Origin: Seison nebaliae
Taxonomy: Eukaryota
Direction of reading: 5' to 3'
DNA length: 64,000 nt
NCBI GenBank assembly: GCA_023231475.1
Contig: JALJEE010001426.1
Location: 1 to 64,000 of the forward strand
Shown: one piece after another, positions 12,048 through 26,340 of the stretch
How positions within the stretch are numbered: position 1 is the first letter of the stretch
Layout: the number at the start of each line of letters is the position of its first letter
Translations under genes and position numbers: made by a program
Notes under the pieces: generated by a model
Told to the model about the DNA's origin: nothing
The model's database searches: none
Seen by the model: the letters and a program-made list of their open reading frames with translations, nothing else

Positions 12048-12845
12048 TCAGGAAGTGATCGATCCAAGATTTTCCATTAAGAGGACGCGGAAAATGCGTC
12101 GACAGTATAAAATAGGAAATGGAGGAATATCAGTGACTGCGAAAATAAGAGTCCGATTAATTCTTCGGAAGCAGTCGATAAGTTTTCGGACGATGTTGTT
12201 GTAAGTTCGGTGCATTGTGAGGAATGAGCTGTTGGAGACGAATATTAGTGAGTCCGGTCCATATAATGGGAGAACAAGTGGAGAGAAAACGCGAATTCGG
12301 ATTGAGAGTGGAAGATACTTCGATCGTGTTGCAAATGAGAATGATGGACGGACGAATTTATTTCGGATGTGATCGAGTGAGGCGGATGCCATCATTTTGA
12401 AATCGAGAAGAACTCCTAGAAACGTATGATTTGGGGCAGGAGAAAGAGAGATATTTCTCAGGAGAGTTGTGGAAACGACAGCAGTTTTCGTCGGATTTAT
12501 CTTAATTGACACATCCGCCAAGAGTCTGTGTTCTTTCGCGAATTCGAATGAGTTGTCGTGGAGAAGTAGCAAATCGTCAGCGTATGCGAGTGTTACGGGA
12601 ATTGGCATGCCGTTAATGTTGTTGTAAAGTTCATTCAATTGGAGAATGACCCAATCAAGAGTGAGGTCGAAAAACCAAAGTCTCAGGATGGAACGTTGTC
12701 TGACACCATTGTTGGTCAGGAAAGAAGTTCCCTTAGTATGATCGAGTGATACCGACAGGGTGGAAAAGAAACATAATTGACGAAGAAAACGCAAAACCAT
12801 ATTCGGTGTGTTCCGAGCTGTAATGGAGGAGAACGCCTGTATCAT
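12048..12845 (-). mobile_element. Non-LTR retrotransposon fragment (RT core and thumb), degenerate
   Basis: NGVRQRSIL, YADDLLL, INPTKT, TFLGVLLD. Confidence 0.85.
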
Positions 12846-13657
12846 ATTGAATATTTAATTTAAACCGATGTTAGATTAACCTTAAAACATTACAGTTTGA
12901 ATACAAATTATAGAATTTAAAGCTGAGATAATTCTAGTAATCGATAAATAATGAAAGTAAAGAAACATTTCAAGGATTTAAAGGTTTCTCAACCTTATTC
13001 CAGTTCAATCGGGCGAAATCTGTCAAAAGAGGATCATAAAATTTTGTCTTTGGCATTGTAAAATAACACAGCTTGAACCAATCGAATCATCGTAGTTATC
13101 TCTCAAATGACACACTTAAATGCATTCTTTGAAAGTTATAAAAATAAGAATTGCTGTAAAAATGGATTAACCAGCAGGAATAAAAAAGAAGGAAGATAGA
13201 TTTAGAGAGGGAACTTATAGGAGTGGAAATCATAGAAAGATTAAAGATAAAATTATAGATTAATACGTGAAAACCATATTTATTAGTTAAATTAAACTCA
13301 ATCGTTTAAAATAGAAGTGAAGTTGTATTGTAAAGGAAGGATGAAAATGTCAAATGCTATGAAAGCGAATAATCTGTGGCAAAGACTGATCGATTTTTGA
13401 CAGAGGAAAAAGACTATAAATACTAAATAGAATTCTTCTAAATATTTAATTCTTTTATTTTTATCGAATAAACTTTTTCTTTAAATATTTATTTATTAAT
13501 TGTTCAGAACCATTACAGTATTAATTTAATTAAGCTTTACTTTCCTTTAGATTAATTTACAATTAATAACATCTGAATAAGTTCACCAATTTTAAGAATA
13601 TAGTTAGTCGTTATAGAAATAGTTATAATTGTCAGTGCACAACAGCAAAAAAAGAGT

Positions 13658-16600
13658 ATGACGGACAAAATAGGGATGAAGGAGCACACAGGCAGGGATA
13701 AACATGGTTCTGCTAAAAAGAAGACAGAAGAACATATTGAGGAAAAGGTTTAACTGATTATTCGAATATTTTTTCATTTTAATTGTCTCAATTAATTTTA
13801 TCTTATCTAACTGATGCTGTTTTAGATGCAACTTACCATCACTGCTAATAATGTGCAGACATCGATTATTTTACTTAAAAGTCCAGAACCGAGTATCTTG
13901 TTAAAAGCTACTGAAGCGATCTTCAAATTTGCATTGACTGGTCTATATAATTATTTGATATGGAATATAAACTTCTTTCGTTATTATTATAGATCCAAAT
14001 AATCGTTTATTGTTGTTTAAGCACGGTGCTCAACCACTTTTATGGAATTTAATGAATCACCCCCAACATAGTGTCATTCGGAATACTATAATGGCTATAG
14101 CAACTATTATAGAAAATAGTTATTTTGTCCTTCGTATTATTTCCTGATAACATTGATTAACAGATGAAGTGAAGGAGCAGTCATATGATGTGTCGAAAGT
14201 GGAAAGAGTGTTAGAAATAATAGGAGGAGACTGTTAAATTTTATAATAAATAGTTGCCAATTTGGTAAAATTGTTTTTATTTAGATGCTGAATTGACTGT
14301 AGAATTCGCCATCCATTGGTTGGCGTGTATGATGGACAGTCATATTATAATGAATGATGCAATAGATAATGATTGTATCAACTTACTGATAAATCGATTA
14401 AAATCCGTTGATCCCGATATTATCCGAAATGTTTTAGAAGCGTTGGTAAAAATTTCAAAAGATTTCGAAGGTCGTGCTAAACTAGCAAAACAAGCTAATA
14501 TACCACTCTTACTTCAAACTCTACGAAGTGACTTTCCTCAAATTCAAGCGCTTGCTCTCCATATGTTCGCTAATCTGTTGAAATTACGTTTATTTTATAA
14601 TTATTCGAAATCTTAAAAATTTATTTTGATTTAGCTGATGTACGTCGAGATTTTTGCGATCATGATTATTTCACTGATATATTTCGAATAGTTGAAACAT
14701 CATCATTGGGCGATATTCAACCATATGCATACGATGCCTTATCTGCCGCATTAGAAGATACATATACTTTGAAAATTTTTGGAACAACTGGACAATTAAA
14801 AAAATTGTTAGATAGCGTAGCATGCATTTATGATGCCCATATAAGTGTACCAGCATTGAATGCATTATGCAGAGCAGCAGCGATCGGTTTGTTTATGTTT
14901 ATATTTATATTATTATTTATACTTTTTCATTTCAAATATAGATAATAATCGACATATTTTGTCAAAGGAGGAATTTGAAAAATGTTTATTAGTTAACTTC
15001 CGTGAAAATGAAAATATTGAAATAAAGAAGAAAGCATTACAAGGAATTGGTTTAATGGCAAATTTTCCTCCATCGAAAAATGTTTTTCGATCACTATGTT
15101 ATTTAATTAAATAATTTTGAAAACTAAACTAATAATTATATTAAAACAGCTACACTTGATTATCTAATGAATGAAGTGACAACTAACAGAGAATTGATGA
15201 CACCAATTGCGTACGCTCTTTGCATGTTAACGACGGGTAGTCATTAATTATTGTAAATGAAGAAAGATTCAAATTCTTTTCAGAAAGTGTTGCTAATTGT
15301 ATAACGTTAACTGAATGTCAACATAACACGGGAATTCCTATTGTTATCCAAGAATTTATTGCATCTCCTATGGCAACCGATCAGGATCGTTCTTATGGTT
15401 GTAACATCATTTGTAATTTGGCTAATACGAGTGTTGCATTGAGAAATCGGATTATTCAAGAAAATCCAATGGAAGTTCTAACACGATCACTTCAATCACC
15501 GTTCGACATTTTCACATAACACTCCTCTTTAATTTTTGAACAATTTTTCAGAAATGACCTTACTCAAATCAGTGCATGCTTAGCAATTACCTCATTAATC
15601 TCTAGCGCTTTCATGAGAGATGAAGTTAAATTTTATGTTAATCATACATTTCCTTACTTCTCTCTATATAGTTCGCGAAACATAATGGAATGTCCTTCTT
15701 ATTAGAATTGATGAAATCGTTTAATGCAAACGTTCGAAAAAATGCATGTTGGACATTCACTCAATTGTGTAAAGATCCACAAATGGCACTTGATGCTGCT
15801 AATGCTGGGTTCCATTCATACTCTTCATAATTTTTTAAACAAATTATTTTTTATTAGAGCAATGGATTTATTAAAAACGATATCCAGTTCAGGAGTTGTC
15901 CATAGCAAATTTATTGATGCAGCATTCGAACAATTCCTCAATTCAAATCTTTCAGCGAAATATGCTTTCCTTAACAAATTAGGTTCACCAGTCATTTTAA
16001 TCATTTTCAGTAACCTAAATCTTCAACAATTTTATTAGAAACCACCGATATTATATCAGGATTATTTTATGATATGGGAATGCTGAGAGGACACGGAGAG
16101 TTCATTACATTAGATCAATTGTTAACGGAACCGATTATGGAGAGTAGAAATGTCATAACAATCAATGAACTTGATATCGAGTTTATTTTTAAAAGATCTC
16201 CTAATAATTAATTCAAAATAGAGGCAATGGTGGCGGAATAATTGTGGAATCAAATCTCGTGAAAACTACATCACCAGATAATAGTAAATCGGAAACCAGT
16301 CAAAAAGCCAAAGTGAAAGAATCGAAATCAAAAAAGTTATTAAGTTTCTTGGATAGAATAAGAGAATATTTATTAGTTTTAAACTTTTCAAAATGATCTT
16401 TCTAATTATTTCCATTATCAATCAGATCTTTTAGTATTTGTTTACTATTTTTAAATTTGATTGTGCTGTTCTGAAGAGAATATGGTGCAGGTTGACTGAA
16501 TTTCAGTATCGTATTTTTCACGTGTGACGATTTCAAAAATGATTGATAACTGTTTGATAATAATTGTTGATTATTTTCTTTTATCGTTAACGAATTGGTA

Positions 16601-19600
16601 TTATTATCGTCATATTCCATTATTGACAAGGATGTTGCATTTGCAGAATAATTTAACATGGGTTCATACGTGAGTGTAGCTGATGTAGGTATAGTTGTAA
16701 TGTCGGGCAATGAATCATTGACATCGGTTTGTAGGAGATGTTCGTTAACAAAATTTATTTTCAAATTTTTCTTCAATAACAGTTCATGCGACATACCATC
16801 TGATTTCCTTCTTAATTTGTCCAACATCATTGAACATTTCATCTGATGAGAATTGTCATATGATTTCGATTTCTTCAAACAATTTTCATTCGTTTTTGAA
16901 TAAGTAAAACTTTTGGATATGCTGGGACATGTTACCTAAAAATTGACTGATTATTGTACAAAAACTTTGTTTAAAACATTCTAAAGAAATATACATAATT
17001 TTTACTTTCATCAAAATGAATTTACTATTAGAATCTCTATGTTATCGAGTATTAGATGAATGTCAATCGAATGTTAGTATCAAAGAGAATAAGAGAACTT
17101 ACTTGTGAAAGATTACATTCGAATAAATTTTCTGATCTTAATTTACTGATCATTTCATATTCATCTTTTTTTTGGTAACCACCATCAACCCCCGACGACC
17201 ATTTCCTTCTTTTATTAATTAAGTTTATGTCCGAAATGCTTTTGCCATTGTCAAACTGATAGATTAATTGTTCGACACTCGGAAATTTCTTTTCCATTTT
17301 TTCTTCAATTTCCTTTTCAATCATTTCGTAATCGTCTTTGCAATTTTTGCAACTCATATTTATAAGAGAACACGACTGTTTTTTAATTGAAATCGAATCC
17401 GATTTATCATCCGATCTAATTGTGACATCTTCATCTTCTAATTTCTCCATATTATGATCTTCAACTGAAGTCAATGATAATTCATTAAGTAAATGATCTT
17501 TCGATTTGATATCTTCGGAAATTGAAGCAGATTTTGACGATATATCTTTCTGAATTTTTTCCGTTTGAATTATACTATTTCTCTCTTTTCTCTTCTTCAA
17601 TATCTTTTTCCTAATTTGCTGAGGAGGATTCTTCTTCTTCTCGGATGAAGTGGTAGGTGACGCATAAATACTTTCATGAATACTGATACTCTGTTCATCT
17701 AAAGATGATTGAAGACTGATCGATGCATTTTTTAAACCATTAAACTTCCAAAATTCTTCGTTCTCCAATTCAACTTTTTGCATTGAAGCTGACATTATCC
17801 TTTCTTGTCTCCAAATTTTACCATTTTGCGTACTGATGATACTTTTCTTTGAGTTTAACGTAAAATTTTTACCTTCATCATTCGAAGAATTGGACGATGT
17901 AATCATCAAGAGATTAGGAGTCGATTTCCTACTTTCCAAGTATTCCGTTGTCAAATGTAATCTGTCCGTTTCTTCTACCTTTTTCCTACTTTTAGAAACT
18001 TCGGTAAAACTTTCGCTCATTTCTGTATTGTCTTTCTGTGTCGAATATAAGGCCAATGGTGTGTTCTCTTGTTCGGGATCCAAATGAACAGTATCTGATT
18101 TTTCCTTCATTTTATCCTGTTCTTTTTTAGCAGTAGTCGACATAAGAATAACGTCACCATCAAACGGTCGAATTAATGGTGAAATAATCTTATTATTAAC
18201 TGATGATGACATATTCTCAATTGACATACATGGACGATCTATTAATTGAAAATCATTCTCCAAATTCTTCCCATGAACATTCAAAGATACGGTAGAGCCA
18301 ATAGTCCTTCTCTTATTCTGATTATATATCTTTTTCTCAAACGCTTCTTTCAATGTCTTAACTGATAGACGGTTTTTCTTTCTGAAATTCCTAAATGTTT
18401 CCGGGAACTTCCCTAGAGTGTCATGACTTCCAATTTCCGAAAAATTAAGTTTTTCTTTAATCGATGTCTCCTTTTTAAATTTTTCATCCTTAACTATTTC
18501 TTTCTTAAAAATTTTCTCAACTGACTTTTTCGAAGGATTTTCCCTAAGTTCAACTTCTCTAATTTTGTCATTGGATATCGAACTTGTTTTGTGGAAAAGA
18601 GGAATAAGTTCAATGTCTTTCAAATCATTTTTCAGATGATAACATTCGTCTAATTGTCCGTAAATTTCATTATTATGAGACGTCCGTTCTCTTGATGGAA
18701 TTGGACTGATATCTTTTTTCAATGAGATTTGTGGTAATTTGAATGAGGCTTGAATTGATATTTGTTGGCTGAATTTATGTCGAACGTAGTGCATATGTGA
18801 AAGAAAGAAATGATCGGGAAAGTTCGGTTTATTTCTATTTTCATGTATAAACTTCGCTGCTTCAACGGCGAATAATTTTGTGGCATTCTCTTGGATGAAT
18901 GTATGAAAGAAACCACAATCATTTAATTCTTCAAATGACTGAGAGAGAAGTGATTGAATTTGTTTCTCAGTTGTACGAATATTAAAATTTCTTCGACAAT
19001 CATTTTTATTCATCCAAAATTCATTAATAAGATGTTCAACATTTTCACAAATCTTATTACTTCGTCGATAATTATCATACAACAAATCAGTCATTTTATT
19101 TAACGGATCTATTGAATCTTTAAGAAGAATATCATTTATTTTCACTCTATAATTTACCCAATCATCAAAAAAGTTTTTCTTCATCAATTGATCATCGGGA
19201 ATTATGATAAGATTTGGAACAAATTTTAAAGATTTCATACAATCATCAGGAGTCTCCAATATTCGTCTTTTAGGGATAGGAGGTGGAGGTGGTGGTGGTT
19301 GAGATGTTATTGATATTGGCGATATTTTCTGATGTATGTCTGATGAAGTTTTCTTACGAGTTATCGACGAAGAAGCTGAAGAGACATTATATGGATCTTG
19401 TAAAAATTTCTTCACATTCGAATAAGTACTCGATAGTTTTTTTGGAGAATTAGCAATTTTCCATTTCTTATGTAATCGATTGTGAATGAAAGAATTTGTT
19501 GAATTAAATAATTCTTCTACTTTATGCGTAACATATTTCGGTTTTTCAAATGCCTTAATTATTGGTATTTCATTTAAACACGTATTGGGAGAACGGAGAT

Positions 19601-22600
19601 CGATCAGACTCGATTTTACACGATCGAATAATTTACGTTTCTTCTCATCTGATCTTCGATTGTGATGAAGTAATTCAACTGGTGTTCTCTCCTCTGTAAA
19701 TTCCAAATGTAACTCATTCAAATCGGGACGTATAACAGACACTTCTAACAACGATGAAGCTTGATGATTACTGGTCATATTTTTTTGTTGTTGATGAAAT
19801 GGTCGTCTACATTTTTCATTAGATTTACTATTGCAATTAATTGTACTGATTGCTTTCTTCAAATATGGAGATGCATGATTCGGAATTGTTTCATTAACAG
19901 ACATCGTCGAATAAGTTGAAGAAAATTCTTTTATAATATTTTCTTCCGATTTCTTATTATCTTCTTCTTGTTGTTCATCTTCATGATCTTCGGCACATCT
20001 TTCGATAGAATCTAATGTTTTCATAATTTCATAATTATCGTTTATTGTCGTCTCAAAAATTTCACTTCGGTTTTTCAATTTTCCATAAAATTGATTTTCT
20101 TGAACATTTTTCGAGATATTCGGCTGACTAGTTGACCGTAGTCCGTTTGACCGCGGAGGAACGGGCGGTGGAGGTGGTGGCGGAGGCGGTATATGTGGAG
20201 GAGGTGGTGGTGGTTTAATGGGAAGTTTTATTAAGTTTGTAATTGACGATGTTTCCGCTGGTTTAGAACCGCTTCGAATTGATTGACGATGGTTTGAATC
20301 GATTTGATTTCGAGTTGAAGATCGTTTTGGTTTTAGGGGAGGTTCAGTCACTTCGGATTTGTGAGAATGTTTAGGTCGAAATAGTTTCTCCTGTTTCTGA
20401 TGATACCAGAAATCACTATTCTTTATTATTTTCCTGTTATTTTCCGCTGATTTTCGATTAATCCATAATTGACTTATTCTCGCTTTATCTCGAGAGATTG
20501 ATGGCTCCATCGGTGACGGAAGTGGTGTACTCGTTATATGTCGTCCAAGACGATTAACGTTATTAAAGAATTTCTCTTCGTCGGATGATGCTAATGTTGA
20601 AATGTGTATGTCATCGATGGGAATGTGTTGATCGAATTCAAATGATTTCTCTCTCACTTGAAATACAGGTGATGATGTTCGTTTAGGTGAAGTAGTAGTT
20701 GTCGTGGTGGTTGTTGTTGTTCGATGAATATCGGATTTTCTTTGACATTTCTTATTTGTTGACGGAAATCGTGACTTATCATCATTCGATGTTTTTCTAG
20801 AAGATCTCTTCCTTTCAGGGTCGTGCTGTCGATATTTCTGTTCTTGTGAATGACGACGTGAACGTTTCGAGTATTCATGTGAATGCTGAATGTGATGACG
20901 ATTATTTTGTCGAGTCGATGATTGATGAGTAGGATGAAGTAGATAATTCTTATTATTTTCATTACATCTATTCACTTGATGTTTTTGATGAGGAATCTTC
21001 AGTTTTTTATTCTTCTTCATCGAATGACACATCTCATTCTCATTCAATTCTGTATAATCGTCACTATTATGTTGATGATGTATCAAACCATGCTGATGGT
21101 TTGGTTGACGAGATGGCAGTTGTGGAAGAGCATTCGAATTCTGCCTATTCACCTTATTCCTTCGACGATTTATTTCCATTTTGTCCCATTTAAATCGTCC
21201 ATCTAATCAGCGGATCGACTATTCTATTCAGGAAGAATATTGACAATATTAAAAGAAATTATTCAATTTGTTTGAGGAACATGGATGTAAGTGAACGTGA
21301 ATCGGAAGAGGAGAGATGATCCGGTTATTTTTTTTCTATTAAATTGAATGAGAAAAAATTCACTTACAGATTAAAAGGAATATCTTTAGACAAATAGACA
21401 TGGCCAACATGTCAACAATCTTGTATAATTTCTACTCAATAATTGATGGAAGATCTCTATCACTTGAGCGTCATTGTGAAAATGTAAGTACAGCTGTATA
21501 TGTGATGTATGTATGAGCGAGAGAGATATGGAAGAGAATCGTAAGTAGATCAAAAGATAACAGTTTACAATTGGTGAATTGTTCAGTTTGAGAATGATCG
21601 ATTATTCCTGTTTGTTAAAAGACTAATGAACTGAACTGATTAACAACTCAATTTCTTTTATCTCTTCCATCATCTTATGATATAATATGTTGATAAATAA
21701 CACACATAACAGTATAAGAAATTATGGGAAATAATAATGTTCCTCTCGCATTATATGGAACTAAACAAGAATTGTAGTAATCATCTCAATTATTGAAGAG
21801 TTGTTCAAAACATCAATCGATGAAAGAATGAGAGATAAAGATGTTATTATGCAAGTATTACTTATGTATTCATGCAATTATCATTTAATCTTTTAATCCA
21901 AATATCCACATTATTCTTTACTGTTTGAAGAATGTTTATGATTCATTCAATTAACAAATCTCATTTCCTATTCATATTCATTTTCCTTCTCATTTTTCAT
22001 TCGAAAAATAATTTTAAAACTATTTATTCTATTCTCCATAGACACGCAGAAAAGCAGACACAAGGTGAAGTTAAATCAAAATCGGACAGATTGGTGGTCA
22101 ATACGTCTGAACGAATTCTACAAAGAATACCTGTATCTCGATCATTACCATATGATAAACAATATTTGAAGTATATCGAACTCGTTCGACAGAGAATACA
22201 ACCACTTCCCCATATTAAAGATCAATATGTGGCGTTGGGTAAATTCGTATCTGAACAAATGGGAGGACCAATTTCTAGATCAGAATTGGGTCATTACGAT
22301 GCCATTCTTCCAATAACTTTAATTAAAGCTCAATTCCAAATGAATTGTATACCAATTGGCAAGTTAAGACAAGGATTAATGATGCATCGTGCTTTACTTT
22401 TCAAAGTTTCGACTACTATTCCTTCTTCTTTCAAATTGAAATTTCTTTTAGGCTTTAGCAGATTCCTTATTACTACCATGCACTTTAGAACGTAGTTCTT
22501 ATGGAATATGTTGGAACGAAGTTATGTTATCAGATAAAGATTTGGTTAGTTACAAAAAATTTAACTAAAGAATCTATTATTGTCAATGAAGAATGTAATT

Positions 22601-24005
22601 AAATGTGTAGATTGTGAAAAGGTCATGGTACCCGTACTCGCTAGAGTAAGTATCTTCTTCCCGATAATTAGAATTATCATTAAACTTTTAGTTGATTCCC
22701 AATCCAGAAAAGAATGAGTTTATAGCGCAAATCATAACAAATTTACTTGATGGTGATAATGAAGCGGAAGGAAAGGAAAAAGTCTTTTCTTCAATTATAT
22801 TATTTTGAGTCATTTCCATAATGAAAGGTCTACATATATCCAATATCGGACGAAATTGAATTAACATGTGAAGAATGTTTTAAAAAAGAATATCGAGTTT
22901 TCTTTCTCATTCTCTAACTAGATCGATAACTGTAATAGGTAATTCCTTATTGTGTGAATTGCAATTGTTTCTACATATGTAACTGTCGAGAAAGTAAATC
23001 TGTCCATTCCATCGAAATGGTAGGATTTGAAATACAGGACGCCACCGTTTCTAGTATTGTTAAGCCACCGGAAATTTCTATTGAAGAATCAGTTATCATA
23101 TTTTCTTTCCATTCAAAAAAGAACTTTAAGTGTATTAGGCACAGAAAGTAAAAAAACAAAAAGCTGGAACAAAAAAGGCTGATAAAGTTTCATTTAATTA
23201 ATGCCATTATCATCAATTAACAATCTCTCGAAGAGTTCAATTTTATTTAAATTATAGCAAGAACATAAACAATTTTTAAAGAGGATAGAAAGAAACATGA
23301 GAACAAGAATGAAAACAGAAATGAGAATAAAAATGAGAACTGTAATCCGAAAAGCATAATACGCTCGCCAGAAACTAAGCAAAAAATTGAAGAATCTTAT
23401 GCGAACAATATTTCTCTACCATTTGATGGTATGTTATCTGACCACATGTCTAATTTACAAACACCATTTCCATCGAATTGTGTAACTAACGAAACGTCGA
23501 CATATTTCACTGTGCCTGTTACGATTAACTTTTTCTTTGACTTAATTATATCATACCTAAATAATTTGATAGAGAAAAATTACTGAAATTTTCAGAAAAG
23601 ATTTAGGTTATGTTCCAAGTGAAGCAATACCAAAATTGATAAATAAGCCGGATGCCCAAATTTATGCAATTCCCGTAATAATGATTTATTTATTGATCTT
23701 TCATTTAATATTTCTTTATTTAATTATGTTTTTTACTAATTAAATTTTTAATCGTTTAAAATTTAATTTAATAATTTTGGGATAATTCTCGGAGAATATC
23801 TAATTGAATAGAATTATCTTCATTTAAATTTAATATTTTTTCATTTAATTTGTTACATTGTACTAATTTTCATTTTTTATTGTAGATGGATAGTCGAATA
23901 ATGGAAATTCCCTTACGAGCATTTGTCGTTGATTTAATGCATGATCCTGGCAGTCTATTATCAAAAGATAGTTTCGAAGCAGATAATTATATCTGTGTGG
24001 AATAG
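13658..24005 (+). CDS. ARMC3: Armadillo repeat-containing protein 3, many short introns plus one ~5.7-kb intron (16336-22041)
   Basis: Spliced exons give LLKSPEPSILLKATEAIFKFA, ARM repeats, NLSAKYAFLNKL, FYDMG, FVSEQMGG, IPIGKLRQGLMMHRALLFKALAD and VVDLMHDPG; exon boundaries in 22.5-23.9 kb are uncertain. Confidence 0.85.
16402..21179 (-). CDS. Uncharacterised low-complexity, polyproline-containing protein (~1,536 aa), two coding exons (21179-17103, 16935-16402), nested antisense in an ARMC3 intron
   Basis: 4.1-kb ORF; GTAAGT donor at 17102 and tttag acceptor at 16936 join in frame to ORF 16878-16402. Confidence 0.75.
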
Positions 24006-24053
24006 AAGAAGTGAAAATTTATTGAATGACTTTACAAGTTCGAAATAAACAAA

Positions 24054-25082
24054 TTATAAACGATACAACTTTTTCGTACATTGTCGGAAGTCAGTGCTCA
24101 TAATTAAAAGTGAAACAGTATTTAAAAAATGTCGAGCATAATATAGAACTCTGACGACACTAACACAGAAATTTCGTACAATCGACGAAGAAATATGATC
24201 TTCTACAAAAAGTATATAAATAACTAATGGAGTTTGAAGAATGAAAAATGTTATGCAAAGAATTGGTAATACAAACACAGTTCGTTGTCGTCGTTTATTT
24301 ATATGAATTCCATTGTTGTTGTTGTTGTTATTAACAGTGTTCGAACAATTTATTTCATTATCATTTCTGATTAGTTTTGTTTGGTAAACTTTCCGTAAAA
24401 TGATTATTGTGCCGATGATCATTATGGCTAAGGGAAGGAAATAATAAAAGATTTCATTCATTATCATCAGGTAATGATATGTCTTATGATATTTGGCGTA
24501 GAGACGACACTCTTTGACTATTCGGAAAATTTTTTTTGATTTATATTTCACCAATTCTTTAGATTTGAATATTTTCCTCATCGATGAATGAGAAAAGGAA
24601 ATGGCATAAGCAAATAATACGACAACTCCACAAACGATATGATAAGTTGATCGCTTATATTTCCATCTGATTCCCCGTCCATTACGACACGTACAGAATG
24701 GGAATGTTCTAATTAATGTGGCCATTGCTAATAAGAGAGCACTGGCAATAAATGAGCCCATTTTTAGTGGATGAAAAGTTTTGCAAAGAAAATTGTCTAT
24801 TGATCGAATTGTACTGAAACCATGATATCGAAATAAATCATGTAGTGTATGGTCGAGAACTCGCATGAACAGAATTAATACAACAATCAAATCCATGCAA
24901 CACATCCAAAGAATGGAGATATATAAAGTCTTCTTCCATAAACATCGATTCGAAAGAATTACAACAATTGATTGAATATTCATAAAACTTCCAATCACAA
25001 CATAAGACAATAATACGATTAGATGCATATAATACGTTCCCACAACTAAATTTCGATGTTCTTCAGTTCCATTCATCTTCAT
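24054..25082 (-). CDS. Rhodopsin-class 7TM GPCR (peptide-receptor-like), intronless
   Basis: Seven hydrophobic segments, GSFMN in TM1, D in TM2, Cys at top of TM3, FFILQTP in TM6, STDFRQ helix 8. Confidence 0.8.
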   Translation of the reverse strand: MKMNGTEEHRNLVVGTYYMHLIVLLSYVVIGSFMNIQSIVVILSNRCLWKKTLYISILWMCCMDLIVVLILFMRVLDHTLHDLFRYHGFSTIRSIDNFLCKTFHPLKMGSFIASALLLAMATLIRTFPFCTCRNGRGIRWKYKRSTYHIVCGVVVLFAYAISFSHSSMRKIFKSKELVKYKSKKIFRIVKECRLYAKYHKTYHYLMIMNEIFYYFLPLAIMIIGTIIILRKVYQTKLIRNDNEINCSNTVNNNNNNNGIHINKRRQRTVFVLPILCITFFILQTPLVIYILFVEDHISSSIVRNFCVSVVRVLYYARHFLNTVSLLIMSTDFRQCTKKLYRL

Positions 25083-25219
25083 TACACTTTTTTTAGGTCT
25101 AAAAAATTATTTTTCAATGTAACGCAATGATGGTTTGTCTTTCATTAATTGTTCGAAGTTCAGAAATGTCAAATTCAAATTGGCCAAGCTGAAATTGAAA
25201 CGATTCCTCCCACAAACGT

Positions 25220-25292
25220 GGTCCTGTGGCTTAGCGGTTAAAGCGCCTGTCTAGTAAACAGGAGATCGTGAGTTCAAATCTCGCCAGGACCT
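25220..25292 (+). tRNA. tRNA-Thr(AGT), copy 1
   Basis: Cloverleaf: ggtcctg/caggacc acceptor, cctgt-ctAGTaa-acagg anticodon arm, GTTCAAAT T-loop, T4 terminator. Confidence 0.95.
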
Positions 25293-25605
25293 TTTACGTT
25301 TTTTTGAATAAAATAATTTACATGAATATGCGGATTATAATCGAAGAATATTCACAATTGAACTAAAAAAACTAGGAAAATTATTGAATGTATTAACAAT
25401 GTAAGTATTTTGTTCGTTGTTAGAAAATTAATTGAATCATGATTATTCACTTCCTATGGAAACACCCTATTCGGTAAATAACGGAAATTAAAATTGTTTC
25501 ACAAATTTAGAGAATATCACGGTCTTCATGATTTTAATAATGATAAATTTTTTGTTGGAAATTAGAAATAATGATCGGTTTGCATGATATGCTAGACAAT
25601 GTGAA

Positions 25606-26238
25606 ATGATGAGTGATTTAGTTCGAGAATTTGCATATCGAATATTTATTATGGAAATTTATTCTCATAACAAAATTTTTAACTTCAACCAAATGTTATT
25701 TGCACTAATACAACAAATAATCTTTAAGATGACGAACACAGAAACAACTCTAATACGAAAAATGAAGCACGATTTGAAGAGACACAGGACCAGATTCTCT
25801 GCCTCCCAATTAAGCGAGTTGGAACAAAGTTTCCGAAAAACACATTACCCAGATATATTTATGAGAGAAGAATTGGCCAAACGAATTCAACTGAGCGAAA
25901 ATAGAATACAAATTTGGTTTCAAAATCGCAGGGCAAAATGGAAAAAAAGCAAAAAATCACAAACATTTTCTTCATCGTCCAACGAATTGCTAAATGCAGC
26001 AACAGTGGCTGTTCAAGACGTTCGGAATGAGATGTGGTTGAACAACAAAGGAACCTCATTTGAGCTATTGATGAATAAAGAATATATCCAACAACAATTG
26101 GAGAAGAATCCCACATCCTTATCTCATTTATTTGAAACACCACCTTCAACCAACAATGTTATACCTAATCCTCATTTATCTGCATATGAGCTATTTTACT
26201 TAACATATAAAGCATATGAAACTATTACTAATGAATAA
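25606..26238 (+). CDS. OTP: Orthopedia-like PRD-class homeobox protein, intronless (start could be ATG 25729)
   Basis: [57 protein letters not shown] matches the Otp homeodomain. Confidence 0.85.
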   Translation: MMSDLVREFAYRIFIMEIYSHNKIFNFNQMLFALIQQIIFKMTNTETTLIRKMKHDLKRHRTRFSASQLSELEQSFRKTHYPDIFMREELAKRIQLSENRIQIWFQNRRAKWKKSKKSQTFSSSSNELLNAATVAVQDVRNEMWLNNKGTSFELLMNKEYIQQQLEKNPTSLSHLFETPPSTNNVIPNPHLSAYELFYLTYKAYETITNE

Positions 26239-26340
26239 ATGTCTTTTCGAATATTTATTGATTATTATCATTATTTTATTAGTAATCGTAGTTCATTAAG
26301 TAAATGTAAACTTAAAAAATTTTAATTTAACAACTACCAT

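Noticed and set aside
13629..13643. Iron-responsive element (ttgt-CAGTGC-acaa) upstream of ARMC3
   Set aside because: Only a 4-bp upper stem and no bulged C
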